A DNA stretch of 61,842 nt, filler included. It is 4 parts of 4 records of this genome, joined end to end, with 100 filler letters (N's around TTAATTAATTAA, not from the genome) between each part and the next. Parts side by side here need not be neighbours in the genome. Positions count along the whole stretch, not along the records: positions 40,636 to 55,876 come from SRR31156797_2519; positions 55,977 to 61,842 come from SRR31156797_2588; 2 more parts are not named here. One strand, 5' to 3'. Shown here one piece after another: positions 51,300 to 59,988 of this stretch; position 1 is the stretch's first letter, and the number at the start of each line of letters is the position of its first letter. Position numbers and translations under genes: made by a program. The notes below the pieces were generated by a model, which was given only the letters and a program-made list of their open reading frames with translations, had not been told where the DNA came from and did not search any database.

Positions 51300-52169
51300 A
51301 TGTCAGCAAAACACCCAATTATTGCGGTAACCGGTTCATCAGGAGCCGGCACAACAACAACATCCGAAGCTTTCCGCAAAATGTTCAACATGATGAGCAT
51401 TAAACCTGCGTGGGTCGAAGGTGATAGTTTTCACCGTTTTACCCGTCCAGAAATGGATATCGAAATACGTAAAGCTCGAGAGCAAGGTCGCCATATCAGT
51501 TATTTCGGCCCACAGGCTAATGACTTTGGTGCTTTAAGCGAATTTTTCCGCCAATACGGAAAGTCCGGTACCGGACAAATTCGCCGCTACTTACACACGT
51601 TTGATGAAGCGGTTCCGTACAATCAAATGCCTGGTACGTTTACTCCATGGCAAGATCTGCCTGAAAGCACCGACGTTCTATTTTACGAAGGTTTACATGG
51701 CGGGGTCGTTGATGGGGAAGTCAACGTTGCACAACACGTAGACTTTCTAATTGGCATGGTGCCAATTGTGAACTTAGAGTGGATTCAAAAATATGTTCGC
51801 GATACGCGTGACAGAGGCCACTCTCGCGAAGCTGTGATGGACTCCATTGTTCGCTCGATGGACGACTACTTAAACTTCATCACTCCACAGTTCTCGCGAA
51901 CTCATATCAACTTTCAACGTGTCCCTACCGTCGATACGTCAAACCCACTCAACGCAAAAGGCATTCCTAGCCTAGACGAGAGTTTTGTCGTCATTCGCCT
52001 ACGTGGCATTAAGAATGTCGACTTTCCATACCTGTTAGCAATGATTGATGGATCATTCATGTCTCGCCACAATACCATCGTTGTGCCGGGAGGTAAGATG
52101 AGTTTTGCGATGGAGCTAATTGTAAGGCCAATCCTACAGCAACTCATCGAAACTGGAAAAATTGGCTAA
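51300..52169 (+). CDS. prkB: Phosphoribulokinase-like protein
   Basis: Motifs MS.KHPIIAVTGSSGAGT, EGDSFHR, YEGLHG and FQRVP.VDTSNP. Confidence 0.92.
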   Translation: MSAKHPIIAVTGSSGAGTTTTSEAFRKMFNMMSIKPAWVEGDSFHRFTRPEMDIEIRKAREQGRHISYFGPQANDFGALSEFFRQYGKSGTGQIRRYLHTFDEAVPYNQMPGTFTPWQDLPESTDVLFYEGLHGGVVDGEVNVAQHVDFLIGMVPIVNLEWIQKYVRDTRDRGHSREAVMDSIVRSMDDYLNFITPQFSRTHINFQRVPTVDTSNPLNAKGIPSLDESFVVIRLRGIKNVDFPYLLAMIDGSFMSRHNTIVVPGGKMSFAMELIVRPILQQLIETGKIG

Positions 52170-52202
52170 GCAAAACGGTAGTTTCAATTTTAGTTTCGAT
52201 AG

Positions 52203-52218
52203 CGTGACCATGTGCACA
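52203..52218. promoter_or_regulatory. Candidate CRP site upstream of crp
   Basis: CGTGA-N6-GCACA, two mismatches to TGTGA-N6-TCACA. Confidence 0.5.
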
Positions 52219-52408
52219 CTTTTGCGTACAATATCGCGACACCTATACGATTAAAATCAAGAAATAGTTGCCGAAAAAGGATACTATTCTTAACCGAACA
52301 CAAGATAGCTTGCAGCGACAGTAAAGTCCTCTTATTCTAGTAAACTTATTTTAAGCTTTGCTAAATATGGATAGCAGCAAGCGTACCCTGCAGAGGAAGT
52401 GAGATATT

Positions 52409-53041
52409 ATGGTTCTAGGTAAACCTCAAACCGACCCAACATTAGAGTGGTTTCTTTCACATTGTCATATTCATAAGTACCCTTCAAAAAGCACGCTAAT
52501 TCACGCGGGCGAGAAAGCGGAAACCTTGTACTACATCGTCAAAGGTTCTGTTGCGGTACTGATTAAAGATGAAGAAGGCAAGGAGATGATCCTTTCCTAC
52601 CTTAACCAAGGTGATTTCATCGGTGAGCTTGGCTTGTTTGAAGAAGGTCAAGAGCGTACAGCATGGGTTCGAGCAAAATCTCCATGCGAAGTAGCAGAAA
52701 TTTCATTTAAGAAATTCCGTCAGCTTATTCAAGTTAACCCAGATATCCTAATGCGTCTCTCTGGTCAAATGGCTCGCCGTCTACAGGTAACTAGCCAGAA
52801 AGTTGGTGACCTTGCGTTCCTAGACGTGACAGGCCGCATTGCACAGACGCTACTTAACCTAGCGAAACAACCTGATGCAATGACTCACCCAGATGGCATG
52901 CAAATCAAGATCACTCGTCAAGAGATCGGTCAGATTGTTGGCTGTTCTCGTGAAACGGTTGGCCGTATTCTGAAGATGCTTGAAGAGCAAAACCTAATTT
53001 CAGCTCACGGTAAAACTATCGTTGTGTACGGAACTCGTTAA
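52409..53041 (+). CDS. crp: cAMP receptor protein
   Basis: [46 protein letters not shown]. Confidence 0.98.
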   Translation: MVLGKPQTDPTLEWFLSHCHIHKYPSKSTLIHAGEKAETLYYIVKGSVAVLIKDEEGKEMILSYLNQGDFIGELGLFEEGQERTAWVRAKSPCEVAEISFKKFRQLIQVNPDILMRLSGQMARRLQVTSQKVGDLAFLDVTGRIAQTLLNLAKQPDAMTHPDGMQIKITRQEIGQIVGCSRETVGRILKMLEEQNLISAHGKTIVVYGTR

Positions 53042-53067
53042 TAGCTAACGCTGTTAAACAGAAATTC

Positions 53068-53093
53068 AAAAGCCACCGCAAGGTGGCTTTTTT
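53068..53093 (+). terminator. Intrinsic terminator of crp (likely bidirectional)
   Basis: AAAAGCCACC-GCAA-GGTGGCTTTTTT. Confidence 0.85.
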
Positions 53094-53121
53094 ATTATTA
53101 TCAAAATCCTAAAATGACGTA

Positions 53122-53778
53122 TTACAGTACTTTCAGTACTTGTTCTTGCGGCAGGCGGGATTTAGGCAATTTTGCATTGTAATCTTCATCAGCGTGGTGG
53201 TACCCCATCGCCAAAGCCACATCGCAAATGTAACCGTCCAGTTCATCTTCAAAGATTTTACCAATCATCTCTGAATCAACACCTTCCATCGTTGTTGAAT
53301 CAATACCAAGACGCGCCAAAGTATGTAGTGTATTACCTAAAGCCAGGTACGTTTGTGCCTTTGTCCATTTGCTGGTGTTGCCATGTTCATCAGTATTCAG
53401 CTCAGCAAAACCAAAACCTCCGAAAGCTTGCTCTCGCTCTTCCGGTTTCGTACGACCATCTTCGATTGCCTTATCAACCACTTTTGCGTAATCATCACGC
53501 GTATACGCTGGATTATAAGCGAACAGAATAATGTGTGACGCTTCAAGTGCATGCTTCTGATTAAACTGAAATTTATTTGCAAAAGTTTCATGCATACGGT
53601 GCTTAGCTTCATCACTTTCGAGAATCACAAACTTCCAAGGCTGTGAATTGATAGAGGAAGCTGAAAGACGAAGAGCCTGATAAATAACCTCGAGATCGTG
53701 TTGAGGAATTCGTTTAGAGGCATCGTACTGTTTAGCGGTATAGCGTTTTTCCAAATCAGCGATAATAGGATGAGTCAT
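53122..53778 (-). CDS. NfsB-like nitroreductase / flavin reductase
   Basis: Motifs RY..K.YD, S.SS.NSQPW.F, LGIDST.MEG and PKSRL. Start placed at MTHPII (53778). Confidence 0.9.
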   Translation of the reverse strand: MTHPIIADLEKRYTAKQYDASKRIPQHDLEVIYQALRLSASSINSQPWKFVILESDEAKHRMHETFANKFQFNQKHALEASHIILFAYNPAYTRDDYAKVVDKAIEDGRTKPEEREQAFGGFGFAELNTDEHGNTSKWTKAQTYLALGNTLHTLARLGIDSTTMEGVDSEMIGKIFEDELDGYICDVALAMGYHHADEDYNAKLPKSRLPQEQVLKVL

Positions 53779-53875
53779 AGTAAAAATTTTCCCAATGTTT
53801 AAAGACTTACCAATAAATGGTTTCAAACATAGTAAAAGAAATCGACTTGCCAAAAAAGCGCGATTGGTTTGATTG

Positions 53876-53983
53876 ATTATCAAATATTTTTTGATAATTA
53901 GACCTTAACATCTGAAATGGCATTGCTGATTTCACTCGCCAAAGCTAATCTAAACCATCAATTATCAAAAATAGTTAGATAAT
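53876..53983. promoter_or_regulatory. Two copies of dyad ATTATCAAA-N5-TTWGATAAT in divergent intergenic region
   Basis: ATTATCAAATATTTTTTGATAAT (53876-53898) and ATTATCAAAAATAGTTAGATAAT (53961-53983). Confidence 0.6.
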
Positions 53984-54934
53984 ATGTTACTCGAAGATCT
54001 TCAGGTTGTTTTGAAAGTTGCAGAGTTTGGCAGCATCACTGCTGCAGCAAACCATTTAGAGATGCGCAGTGCTACTGCGAGTGCCGCGGTTAAAAGAGTT
54101 GAAGCTTCTCTTGGTGTTGAACTCTTCGTACGAACCACACGCCACTTGCGCCTATCCAGCTCAGGTGAACGGTATTTACCTCAATGTGAGCAAGCACTAA
54201 CGCTACTGGAAAATGCAAAATTTAGTGTCAGTCATAAACAGCACAATATCGAAGGCGAGCTACGCATTGCTCTCTCTTCCGATCTTGGACGTAATCACGT
54301 TGCGTGGTGGCTGGATGAAATACTCGAAAACCATCCAAACCTGAGTTTGCGAGTTCATATTAGTGATCGAAATATCGACTTCTATCGAGATTCCATTGAT
54401 ATCGCTCTGCGCTATGGTTCCCCAAACGACAGTAACCTATATGGGTTTAAAGTCTGCGATGTACCGCGGGTGATCTGCGCTTCACCAGATTATATTCAAC
54501 GTTTCGGTGCTCCCGAACATCCAAAGCAACTCGAAACTCATAACGGGCTGTTATACCAGCTTTATGATGGAGTAAATGATGTTTGGAGTTTTTACGATGG
54601 TGAACACGAGTACAAAATAAAAATGCGTAGCAATCGAGTGTCTAATGATGCGGATTTAGTTCGACGCTGGTGTGTCGCTGGGAGAGGAATCACGAACAAA
54701 TCCATTCTGGATATGTCTACAGACCTGCTTTCAGGTAATGTGGTGTCATTAATGCAAAACTATCCACACCGTACAACAGAGTTATGGCTGGTGTGTCCAA
54801 GCCGACAATCCATTACGCCAGCAGTCAGACTACTTCGAGATACTTTCCGTCAAAAGACTCAGGCCATTCTCACCCAACTGGTAGAAAATCGAGTTCTAAG
54901 CAGTCACTACCTGAAACAGAACCAATTTAGTTAA
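53984..54934 (+). CDS. LysR family transcriptional regulator (CrgA-like)
   Basis: wHTH GSITAAA..L...S..V.R.E..LGV.LF.RTTR; DIALRYG; substrate-binding domain. Confidence 0.93.
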   Translation: MLLEDLQVVLKVAEFGSITAAANHLEMRSATASAAVKRVEASLGVELFVRTTRHLRLSSSGERYLPQCEQALTLLENAKFSVSHKQHNIEGELRIALSSDLGRNHVAWWLDEILENHPNLSLRVHISDRNIDFYRDSIDIALRYGSPNDSNLYGFKVCDVPRVICASPDYIQRFGAPEHPKQLETHNGLLYQLYDGVNDVWSFYDGEHEYKIKMRSNRVSNDADLVRRWCVAGRGITNKSILDMSTDLLSGNVVSLMQNYPHRTTELWLVCPSRQSITPAVRLLRDTFRQKTQAILTQLVENRVLSSHYLKQNQFS

Positions 54935-54960
54935 TTGATAAAGTTAAACCACTTTAAAAC

Positions 54961-54990
54961 AAAAATGGGCGAACAAAGGCGCCCACTTTT
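54961..54990. terminator. Hairpin between convergent LysR and DUF1338 genes
   Basis: AAAAATGGGCG-loop-CGCCCACTTTT. Confidence 0.6.
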
Positions 54991-55001
54991 GGCCTTTAAG
55001 C

Positions 55002-55796
55002 TTAATTGCTGTCTGTACTCTCGAATATTTTATCCGCTGACGCAGCAACAAAACCGGTGTAAAGATGACCGTTCGCCATCGGATAACGTTTAGCAAACTC
55101 GTAGAAACCACCTGGAATAATTTCAGTCCCTTCAGTGAACGTCACAGACACTTTGTCTGCCATGGTTGATGACTGTTCTAAAAGCACCTCTGGTGAGCCT
55201 TTGACTTCCCCACCCGCTTCGTTGATGGTGAATCCTGCCTCACGTAAATGATCGTTCACCTGTTTAACTTCACTGAATCTGTTTAGCTGGTTCACGTTCA
55301 CAGTAAAATGGTTTGCTCCGTATCCATGTGCCGCAAGCCATGAAGCATATTCACTTTCTTCCGCCAAAACCTGATAGTCCGCAAAGCTAAGATCCCACAA
55401 GCGACCACCATAGAGAAAAGCGTCACCTTCCAGTTTGACAGGATCAACTTGAGCAACAAGCTTGCCAACAATAGCCTGCAACGGTTCTGAGCACTCTTCG
55501 ACTTTTAGCTCACTGATAAACACTTTTGGCTGAAGTGGATCTGGATGCTCAAAGTGTTTCGCCACTAACTTTTTACTTTCAAACACGTAGTCACCGCAAG
55601 CTTTGTAGCCCAAAGCTAAAAACGGTTTAGCGAGAGTGTCGATACCTAACGGCGCTATATTAAAGGTACGTAGAGCAATGTGATCGTTGATTAGCGCTTC
55701 ATCTTCTTCGAGTAAGCGGTGTACTTTATCGGCTGATGGACAAAGACGTGCGATGTAATCATTCCATAGAGATTGGAAAAGTACGTCAGGCGTCAT
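55002..55796 (-). CDS. DUF1338 family protein (HglS/VOC-like)
   Basis: Motifs NDHIALRTF, KVFISEL, ESEYASW...HG..ANHFT, KGSP..LLEQSST and FYEFA.R. Confidence 0.88.
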   Translation of the reverse strand: MTPDVLFQSLWNDYIARLCPSADKVHRLLEEDEALINDHIALRTFNIAPLGIDTLAKPFLALGYKACGDYVFESKKLVAKHFEHPDPLQPKVFISELKVEECSEPLQAIVGKLVAQVDPVKLEGDAFLYGGRLWDLSFADYQVLAEESEYASWLAAHGYGANHFTVNVNQLNRFSEVKQVNDHLREAGFTINEAGGEVKGSPEVLLEQSSTMADKVSVTFTEGTEIIPGGFYEFAKRYPMANGHLYTGFVAASADKIFESTDSN

Positions 55797-55850
55797 AGTG
55801 CCTCCTTGGCTGCAATGAACACGATAGATTGGATTGAAATGGCTGAATTA

Positions 55851-55876
55851 ATACCAATCGTAGTAAATAACTGCTC
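55851..55876. repeat. Probable start of a dispersed Vibrio intergenic palindromic repeat (MITE-like) at contig end
   Basis: ATACCAATCGTAGTAAATAACTGCTC resembles, from recall, the ATACCAATC...GATTGGTAT-bounded repeats of Vibrionaceae. The contig breaks here. Confidence 0.4.
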
Positions 55877-55976
55877 NNNNNNNNNNNNNNNNNNNNNNNN
55901 NNNNNNNNNNNNNNNNNNNNTTAATTAATTAANNNNNNNNNNNNNNNNNNNNNNNNNNNNNNNNNNNNNNNNNNNN
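55877..55976. other. Artificial contig linker
   Basis: N-run, TTAATTAATTAA, N-run. Confidence 0.98.
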
Positions 55977-56441
55977 ATGAATTACAGGAGGATCGAATTG
56001 GGTAACAGCACTGGCAACGCTATGCCAGTCGGCCACTTTTTCGCCCATCTTATTGTACGCTTCTCCTTCTAAAAGATACTGAATTAGCGAGCTGTTGAAT
56101 TTTATTTTAACAACACTTAATGAAATGTAGGGATGATTATGCATGAATTCGCCCCATGTACCATTGATTTTTTTGTCGATGTTTACCAGCTTTTTGTAAC
56201 TGCCCGATTTTTCAGGTAAAATTAAATCCAGTACACTTCCGAGCGCTACAATTATAACAATGGCGAAGAACAGATAAACATACCATTCGTTAAAAGGAAT
56301 GTTTTTGCTGAAAATAAGGAGAATCAAAATGGAGGAAATAAATAGAATAATCGCTCCCCACAGTCGTATTCTTCTGTCAATAAGTTTTAAGATTTCCTTA
56401 ATTGTATTCAGAATTTCTTTTAGTGATTTTATGATTTTCAT
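55977..56441 (-). CDS. Hypothetical 2TM + beta-rich protein (3' truncated)
   Basis: Two hydrophobic segments, then INGTW and alternating beta-strand-like segments. The ORF runs into the N linker. Confidence 0.65.
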
Positions 56442-56513
56442 ACATGTAACTTGTTCGATGGTTGGACTTTTCTTTACAAGTTACAATAAAATGAAGAAGT
56501 TTTTATTTAGAAA

Positions 56514-57053
56514 TTAAATGTTTTTGGGTTTTAGTTTCTGAAATAAATCCCATAAAACTATTCCTGCACTAACAGAAATATTAAAAGAATGTTTTGTCCC
56601 AAACTGCGGTATTTCGATGGTTCCATTGCAAATATTAACCACTTTTTGCTGAACGCCTTTTACTTCGTTTCCAAAAATAACAGCCAGTTTTTCGTCTTTG
56701 GCAGGAACAAAGTCGGGAAGAGAAATGCTGTTTTCCACTTGTTCAACAGCAAAAACTTTATACCCTTGTTTTTGCAGGGTTGAAACGGCATCTTCTGTTT
56801 TTTCTGTGTATTCCCAATTAACCGATTTTTCGGCATCGAGTGCGGTTTTATGAATTTCTCTGTTGGGGGGCGTTGCGGTAATTCCGCATAAATATATTTT
56901 TTCGACGAGCAGTGCATCCGAAGTGCGGAATACCGAACCAATATTATTACAACTTCTGATGTTATCAAGAATTACAGTTAAAGGTGTTTTTGCTGTTTCT
57001 TTATATTTTTCAACGGTTAACCGGTTAAGTTCGTTGTTTCTAAGTTTTCTCAT
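56514..57053 (-). CDS. SpoU/TrmH family RNA methyltransferase
   Basis: Motifs ILDNIRS..NIGS.FRT.DA, FGNEV.G and IPQFGTKHS.N.SV (Bacteroidota type). Confidence 0.92.
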   Translation of the reverse strand: MRKLRNNELNRLTVEKYKETAKTPLTVILDNIRSCNNIGSVFRTSDALLVEKIYLCGITATPPNREIHKTALDAEKSVNWEYTEKTEDAVSTLQKQGYKVFAVEQVENSISLPDFVPAKDEKLAVIFGNEVKGVQQKVVNICNGTIEIPQFGTKHSFNISVSAGIVLWDLFQKLKPKNI

Positions 57054-57076
57054 AAAATTCAAAATTGTTCAACTAT

Positions 57077-58339
57077 TTATTGCCATTTTACTTCGGCTCT
57101 TTTAACCGGCATAGTCATACACCGGGCGCCGCCACCTCCGCGGGCGAGCTCCGAACCGGCAATGGTAACCACACATTTTTGGTAATTTTCTACATTTACT
57201 TTACCCGAAATAACATCGGTAGCTTTTAAAACATCAAAACCGGCATTGTTTAATTCTTCAACGGTGTGCATATTTCTTTCGTATCCAATTATTTTCCCCG
57301 GAGCAAAAGCGAAAAAGTTCGCTCCGCTGTGCCATTGTTCGCGTTCCTGAACCCATAAATCGTTTTTCTCGCCACAAAAGATGGGTTTTAAATCGATGCC
57401 CAGTTTTTTTAATGCAGTGGGAATATTGGGCTCTTCAACAATGTTAACCACTTTTTTATTTTCAATTTGAATATGAATGGTGCGGAAACGACTTGTACCA
57501 AAAACAACCGGCTCGTAAACCATGCATGAGTCGGTATTCAAGAAAGTAAAAATCATATCGAGATGGATAAACGATTCAGGAGTTGAAGGCAGCTCTTGTA
57601 CAATAATGTGGTGAGGTTCGGTTTTTTGTTGTTTTATCTGTTCAATAATAAAATCGATTCCCTGAGTGCTTGTGCGAATTCCGGTTCCAATTACAAAAAC
57701 ATCGGGGCGGGCAACCTGGAAATCACCACCTTCAATTTTTATTGCCGAAGGATTAATACTATTCTTTTGTTTTAAGGGATTTATAACCGAAGTTTCAAAA
57801 TTTGGATGGTGGTTAAAAATGGCATCCATAATTATCGATTCGCGCTCACGTACCGGGTTTGCCATTCTACCAATAAGCATAGATTCGTTCATTCCCATAA
57901 CAGCATCGCGCGTAAAAAACAGGTTGTGCAACGGGCGCATTAAAAATCGCTCGTTATTCAAAAAGTTGGTCAGGTTATTTTTTTCGAGTATCAATCCTTC
58001 AATCAGAATTTCAGCTAATTTCTTTGAATTATATTCCTCCAGTTCATTTTCAAGTCCTGGAATTTTTTCATGAATACAAATGTCTTTTATTAAGTTGGTT
58101 TTAATTTTCTCCTGCTTTAGAATTTCAGTAAGTAAATCTTTTACTTCAAAAACAGTAGTAATTTTTCGCAATACCCCGGCAAGTTGTGCATATTCTCTCG
58201 ATGCAATTGAAAGATTCAGAATGTCGCTGTATAAGGCTCTTTCCGCATTTTCAGGAGTCATGTTTTCAACCTCTGAACCGGGAGTGTGCATTACAACCCC
58301 TTCAAGTTTGCCGATTTCAGAATTTATATTGGTCTTCAT
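57077..58339 (-). CDS. arcA: Arginine deiminase
   Basis: Motifs SEIGKL..V..H.PG.E, N..FTRD, IEGGD, HLD, EQW..GAN and SELARG.GG.RCM.MP. Confidence 0.92.
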   Translation of the reverse strand: MKTNINSEIGKLEGVVMHTPGSEVENMTPENAERALYSDILNLSIASREYAQLAGVLRKITTVFEVKDLLTEILKQEKIKTNLIKDICIHEKIPGLENELEEYNSKKLAEILIEGLILEKNNLTNFLNNERFLMRPLHNLFFTRDAVMGMNESMLIGRMANPVRERESIIMDAIFNHHPNFETSVINPLKQKNSINPSAIKIEGGDFQVARPDVFVIGTGIRTSTQGIDFIIEQIKQQKTEPHHIIVQELPSTPESFIHLDMIFTFLNTDSCMVYEPVVFGTSRFRTIHIQIENKKVVNIVEEPNIPTALKKLGIDLKPIFCGEKNDLWVQEREQWHSGANFFAFAPGKIIGYERNMHTVEELNNAGFDVLKATDVISGKVNVENYQKCVVTIAGSELARGGGGARCMTMPVKRAEVKWQ

Positions 58340-58371
58340 TTTGAATACGTTTAATTCTGTTAAAATTGATT

Positions 58372-58379
58372 CAAAGATA
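58372..58379 (-). promoter_or_regulatory. Bacteroidota -7 promoter element for arcA
   Basis: TATCTTTG (TAnnTTTG) on the minus strand, about 33 bp upstream of the ATG. Confidence 0.5.
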
Positions 58380-58429
58380 TAAACTTTGCATGTGCAAAAA
58401 TTGAAAAATGATTTATTCGTTTTACTTTT

Positions 58430-59041
58430 ATGTTGTTAAAAACAGAAAACTTGAAACACTTTTTGATAATACTGATTTTTATCACTTTCCCGGTGATTGA
58501 ATCGCTGAGTCAACAAAAAGACACAACAGATTATATGTTTGGGTTGATTCAGGGAGGTGATACCATTCTTCATAAAGATTTGAAGGAAGTGATTGTTCTT
58601 CCAAAAACGATGAAAAGAAGACAATTGCGGAAATATACCCGAATGGTTGCCAAGGTTAAAAAAGTATATCCGCTGGCAGTTGAAGCGCAGGAATTGCTAA
58701 AAAAATATGAACCTCAATATTATGCACTCGAAGAACAACGCGATCGCAGAAAACTAATGAAAAGCCTGGAGAAAGAGTTGCTCGACAAACATATGGATGA
58801 ATTAAAAAAATGGTCGATTTCGGATGGCCGGTTGTTGTTGAAATTAATTAACCGCGAAACAGAACGAACGCCATACAGTATTATACAAGATTTCAGAGGC
58901 GATTTTAGTGCGTTTTTCTGGCAGGGAATTGCACGTATTTTTAAAAATAACCTGAAAGAGGGATACGAACCGGAAGGTGATGACAGGATGTTGGAAGAAA
59001 TTGTTACCCTCGTTGAACTTGGATATTACGGACCCATTTAG
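58430..59041 (+). CDS. DUF4294 family exported protein
   Basis: Signal peptide; L.EV.V.P; VKKVYP.A; G.LL.KLI.RET....Y..I...RG...A.FWQ..A..F...LK..Y.P. Confidence 0.8.
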   Translation: MLLKTENLKHFLIILIFITFPVIESLSQQKDTTDYMFGLIQGGDTILHKDLKEVIVLPKTMKRRQLRKYTRMVAKVKKVYPLAVEAQELLKKYEPQYYALEEQRDRRKLMKSLEKELLDKHMDELKKWSISDGRLLLKLINRETERTPYSIIQDFRGDFSAFFWQGIARIFKNNLKEGYEPEGDDRMLEEIVTLVELGYYGPI

Positions 59042-59046
59042 CTTTT

Positions 59047-59613
59047 ATGAATTCGAATCTAAGAACATTTATTGCCATTAAAATTAAACCCGAACCGGAA
59101 TTAATTAAATTATTGGGTACATGCAAAACGATTTTTAAATATGAAGCAATTAAATGGGTAGAAGAGAATAACCTGCATCTTACTTTAAAATTTTTAGGCG
59201 ATACCAGCGAAGTTCAGGTTGATGAAATTAAATCTGTTTTAGATGAAATAAAAATGGAAATAGATCCATTCCAATTTAAAATAAAGGGACTTGGATTTTT
59301 TAAATATAAAGGACATCCGAAAGTTATATTTGCTGGAATTGAGGATTATAAAGCAATAAAAAATCTGGCAGATGAATTAAACAATCGGTTTTATGAATTG
59401 GGATTTGAAAAGGAAACACGCGAATTTAAACCGCATTTAACATTGGGGCGAATAAAATTTCTGAAAGATAAAAAGCATTTTCTTCATTTTATTGAAGAGA
59501 ATATAAATACTGAATTTCAAAAGGTTGATATCGATGAAGTGATTTTTTATGAGAGTATTTTAAAAACACCGGGACCGAAATATAATCCGTTAAAAATAAT
59601 TCTACTTAAATAA
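59047..59613 (+). CDS. thpR: RNA 2',3'-cyclic phosphodiesterase (2H, LigT)
   Basis: RTFIAI; two HxT motifs (LHLTLKFLG, FKPHLTLGR). Confidence 0.92.
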   Translation: MNSNLRTFIAIKIKPEPELIKLLGTCKTIFKYEAIKWVEENNLHLTLKFLGDTSEVQVDEIKSVLDEIKMEIDPFQFKIKGLGFFKYKGHPKVIFAGIEDYKAIKNLADELNNRFYELGFEKETREFKPHLTLGRIKFLKDKKHFLHFIEENINTEFQKVDIDEVIFYESILKTPGPKYNPLKIILLK

Positions 59614-59619
59614 TATACC

Positions 59620-59940
59620 ATGATTGCAAAAACTCCAAAGCCGCCATATTATGCTGTTATTTTTACTTCCACTAAAACTGAAGATAATTTGGGATATGGA
59701 GAAATGGCTGAAAAAATGGAGAAACTGGCTGAAAAACAAGAAGGTTTTTTAGGTTTTGAATCGGCCAGGGAAGAGCTCGGTATTTCTATTTCGTATTGGA
59801 AAAATTTGGAGTCGATACAAAAATGGAAGAAAAACATAGAACACCTGGAAGCTCAGGAGAAAGGAAAATCGACCTGGTATAATTCCTATAAAACCAGAAT
59901 TGCAATGGTGGAGCGGGATTATGGTTTTGAGAAAAAGTGA
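59620..59940 (+). CDS. Antibiotic biosynthesis monooxygenase (ABM) family protein
   Basis: Motifs PPYYAVIF.S, GFLG.ESAR, SYW...E.I..WK...EH..AQ..G...WY and R.A.VER.Y. Confidence 0.88.
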   Translation: MIAKTPKPPYYAVIFTSTKTEDNLGYGEMAEKMEKLAEKQEGFLGFESAREELGISISYWKNLESIQKWKKNIEHLEAQEKGKSTWYNSYKTRIAMVERDYGFEKK

Positions 59941-59956
59941 GTTTTTCAGAAATCTT

Positions 59957-59964
59957 TATCTTTG
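59957..59964 (+). promoter_or_regulatory. Bacteroidota -7 promoter element for helicase
   Basis: TATCTTTG, 24 bp upstream of ATG 59989. Confidence 0.5.
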
Positions 59965-59988
59965 AAATTGTTGATCAAACATAAAAAA

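Noticed and set aside
51300..52169. Phosphoribulokinase as evidence of a Calvin cycle
   Set aside because: It is the conserved prkB homologue beside crp in heterotrophic gammaproteobacteria, and no RuBisCO is present here.
53876..53983. Fur or FNR boxes
   Set aside because: The half-sites are in the opposite orientation and spacing to Fur (GATAAT..ATTATC) and FNR (TTGAT-N4-ATCAA).
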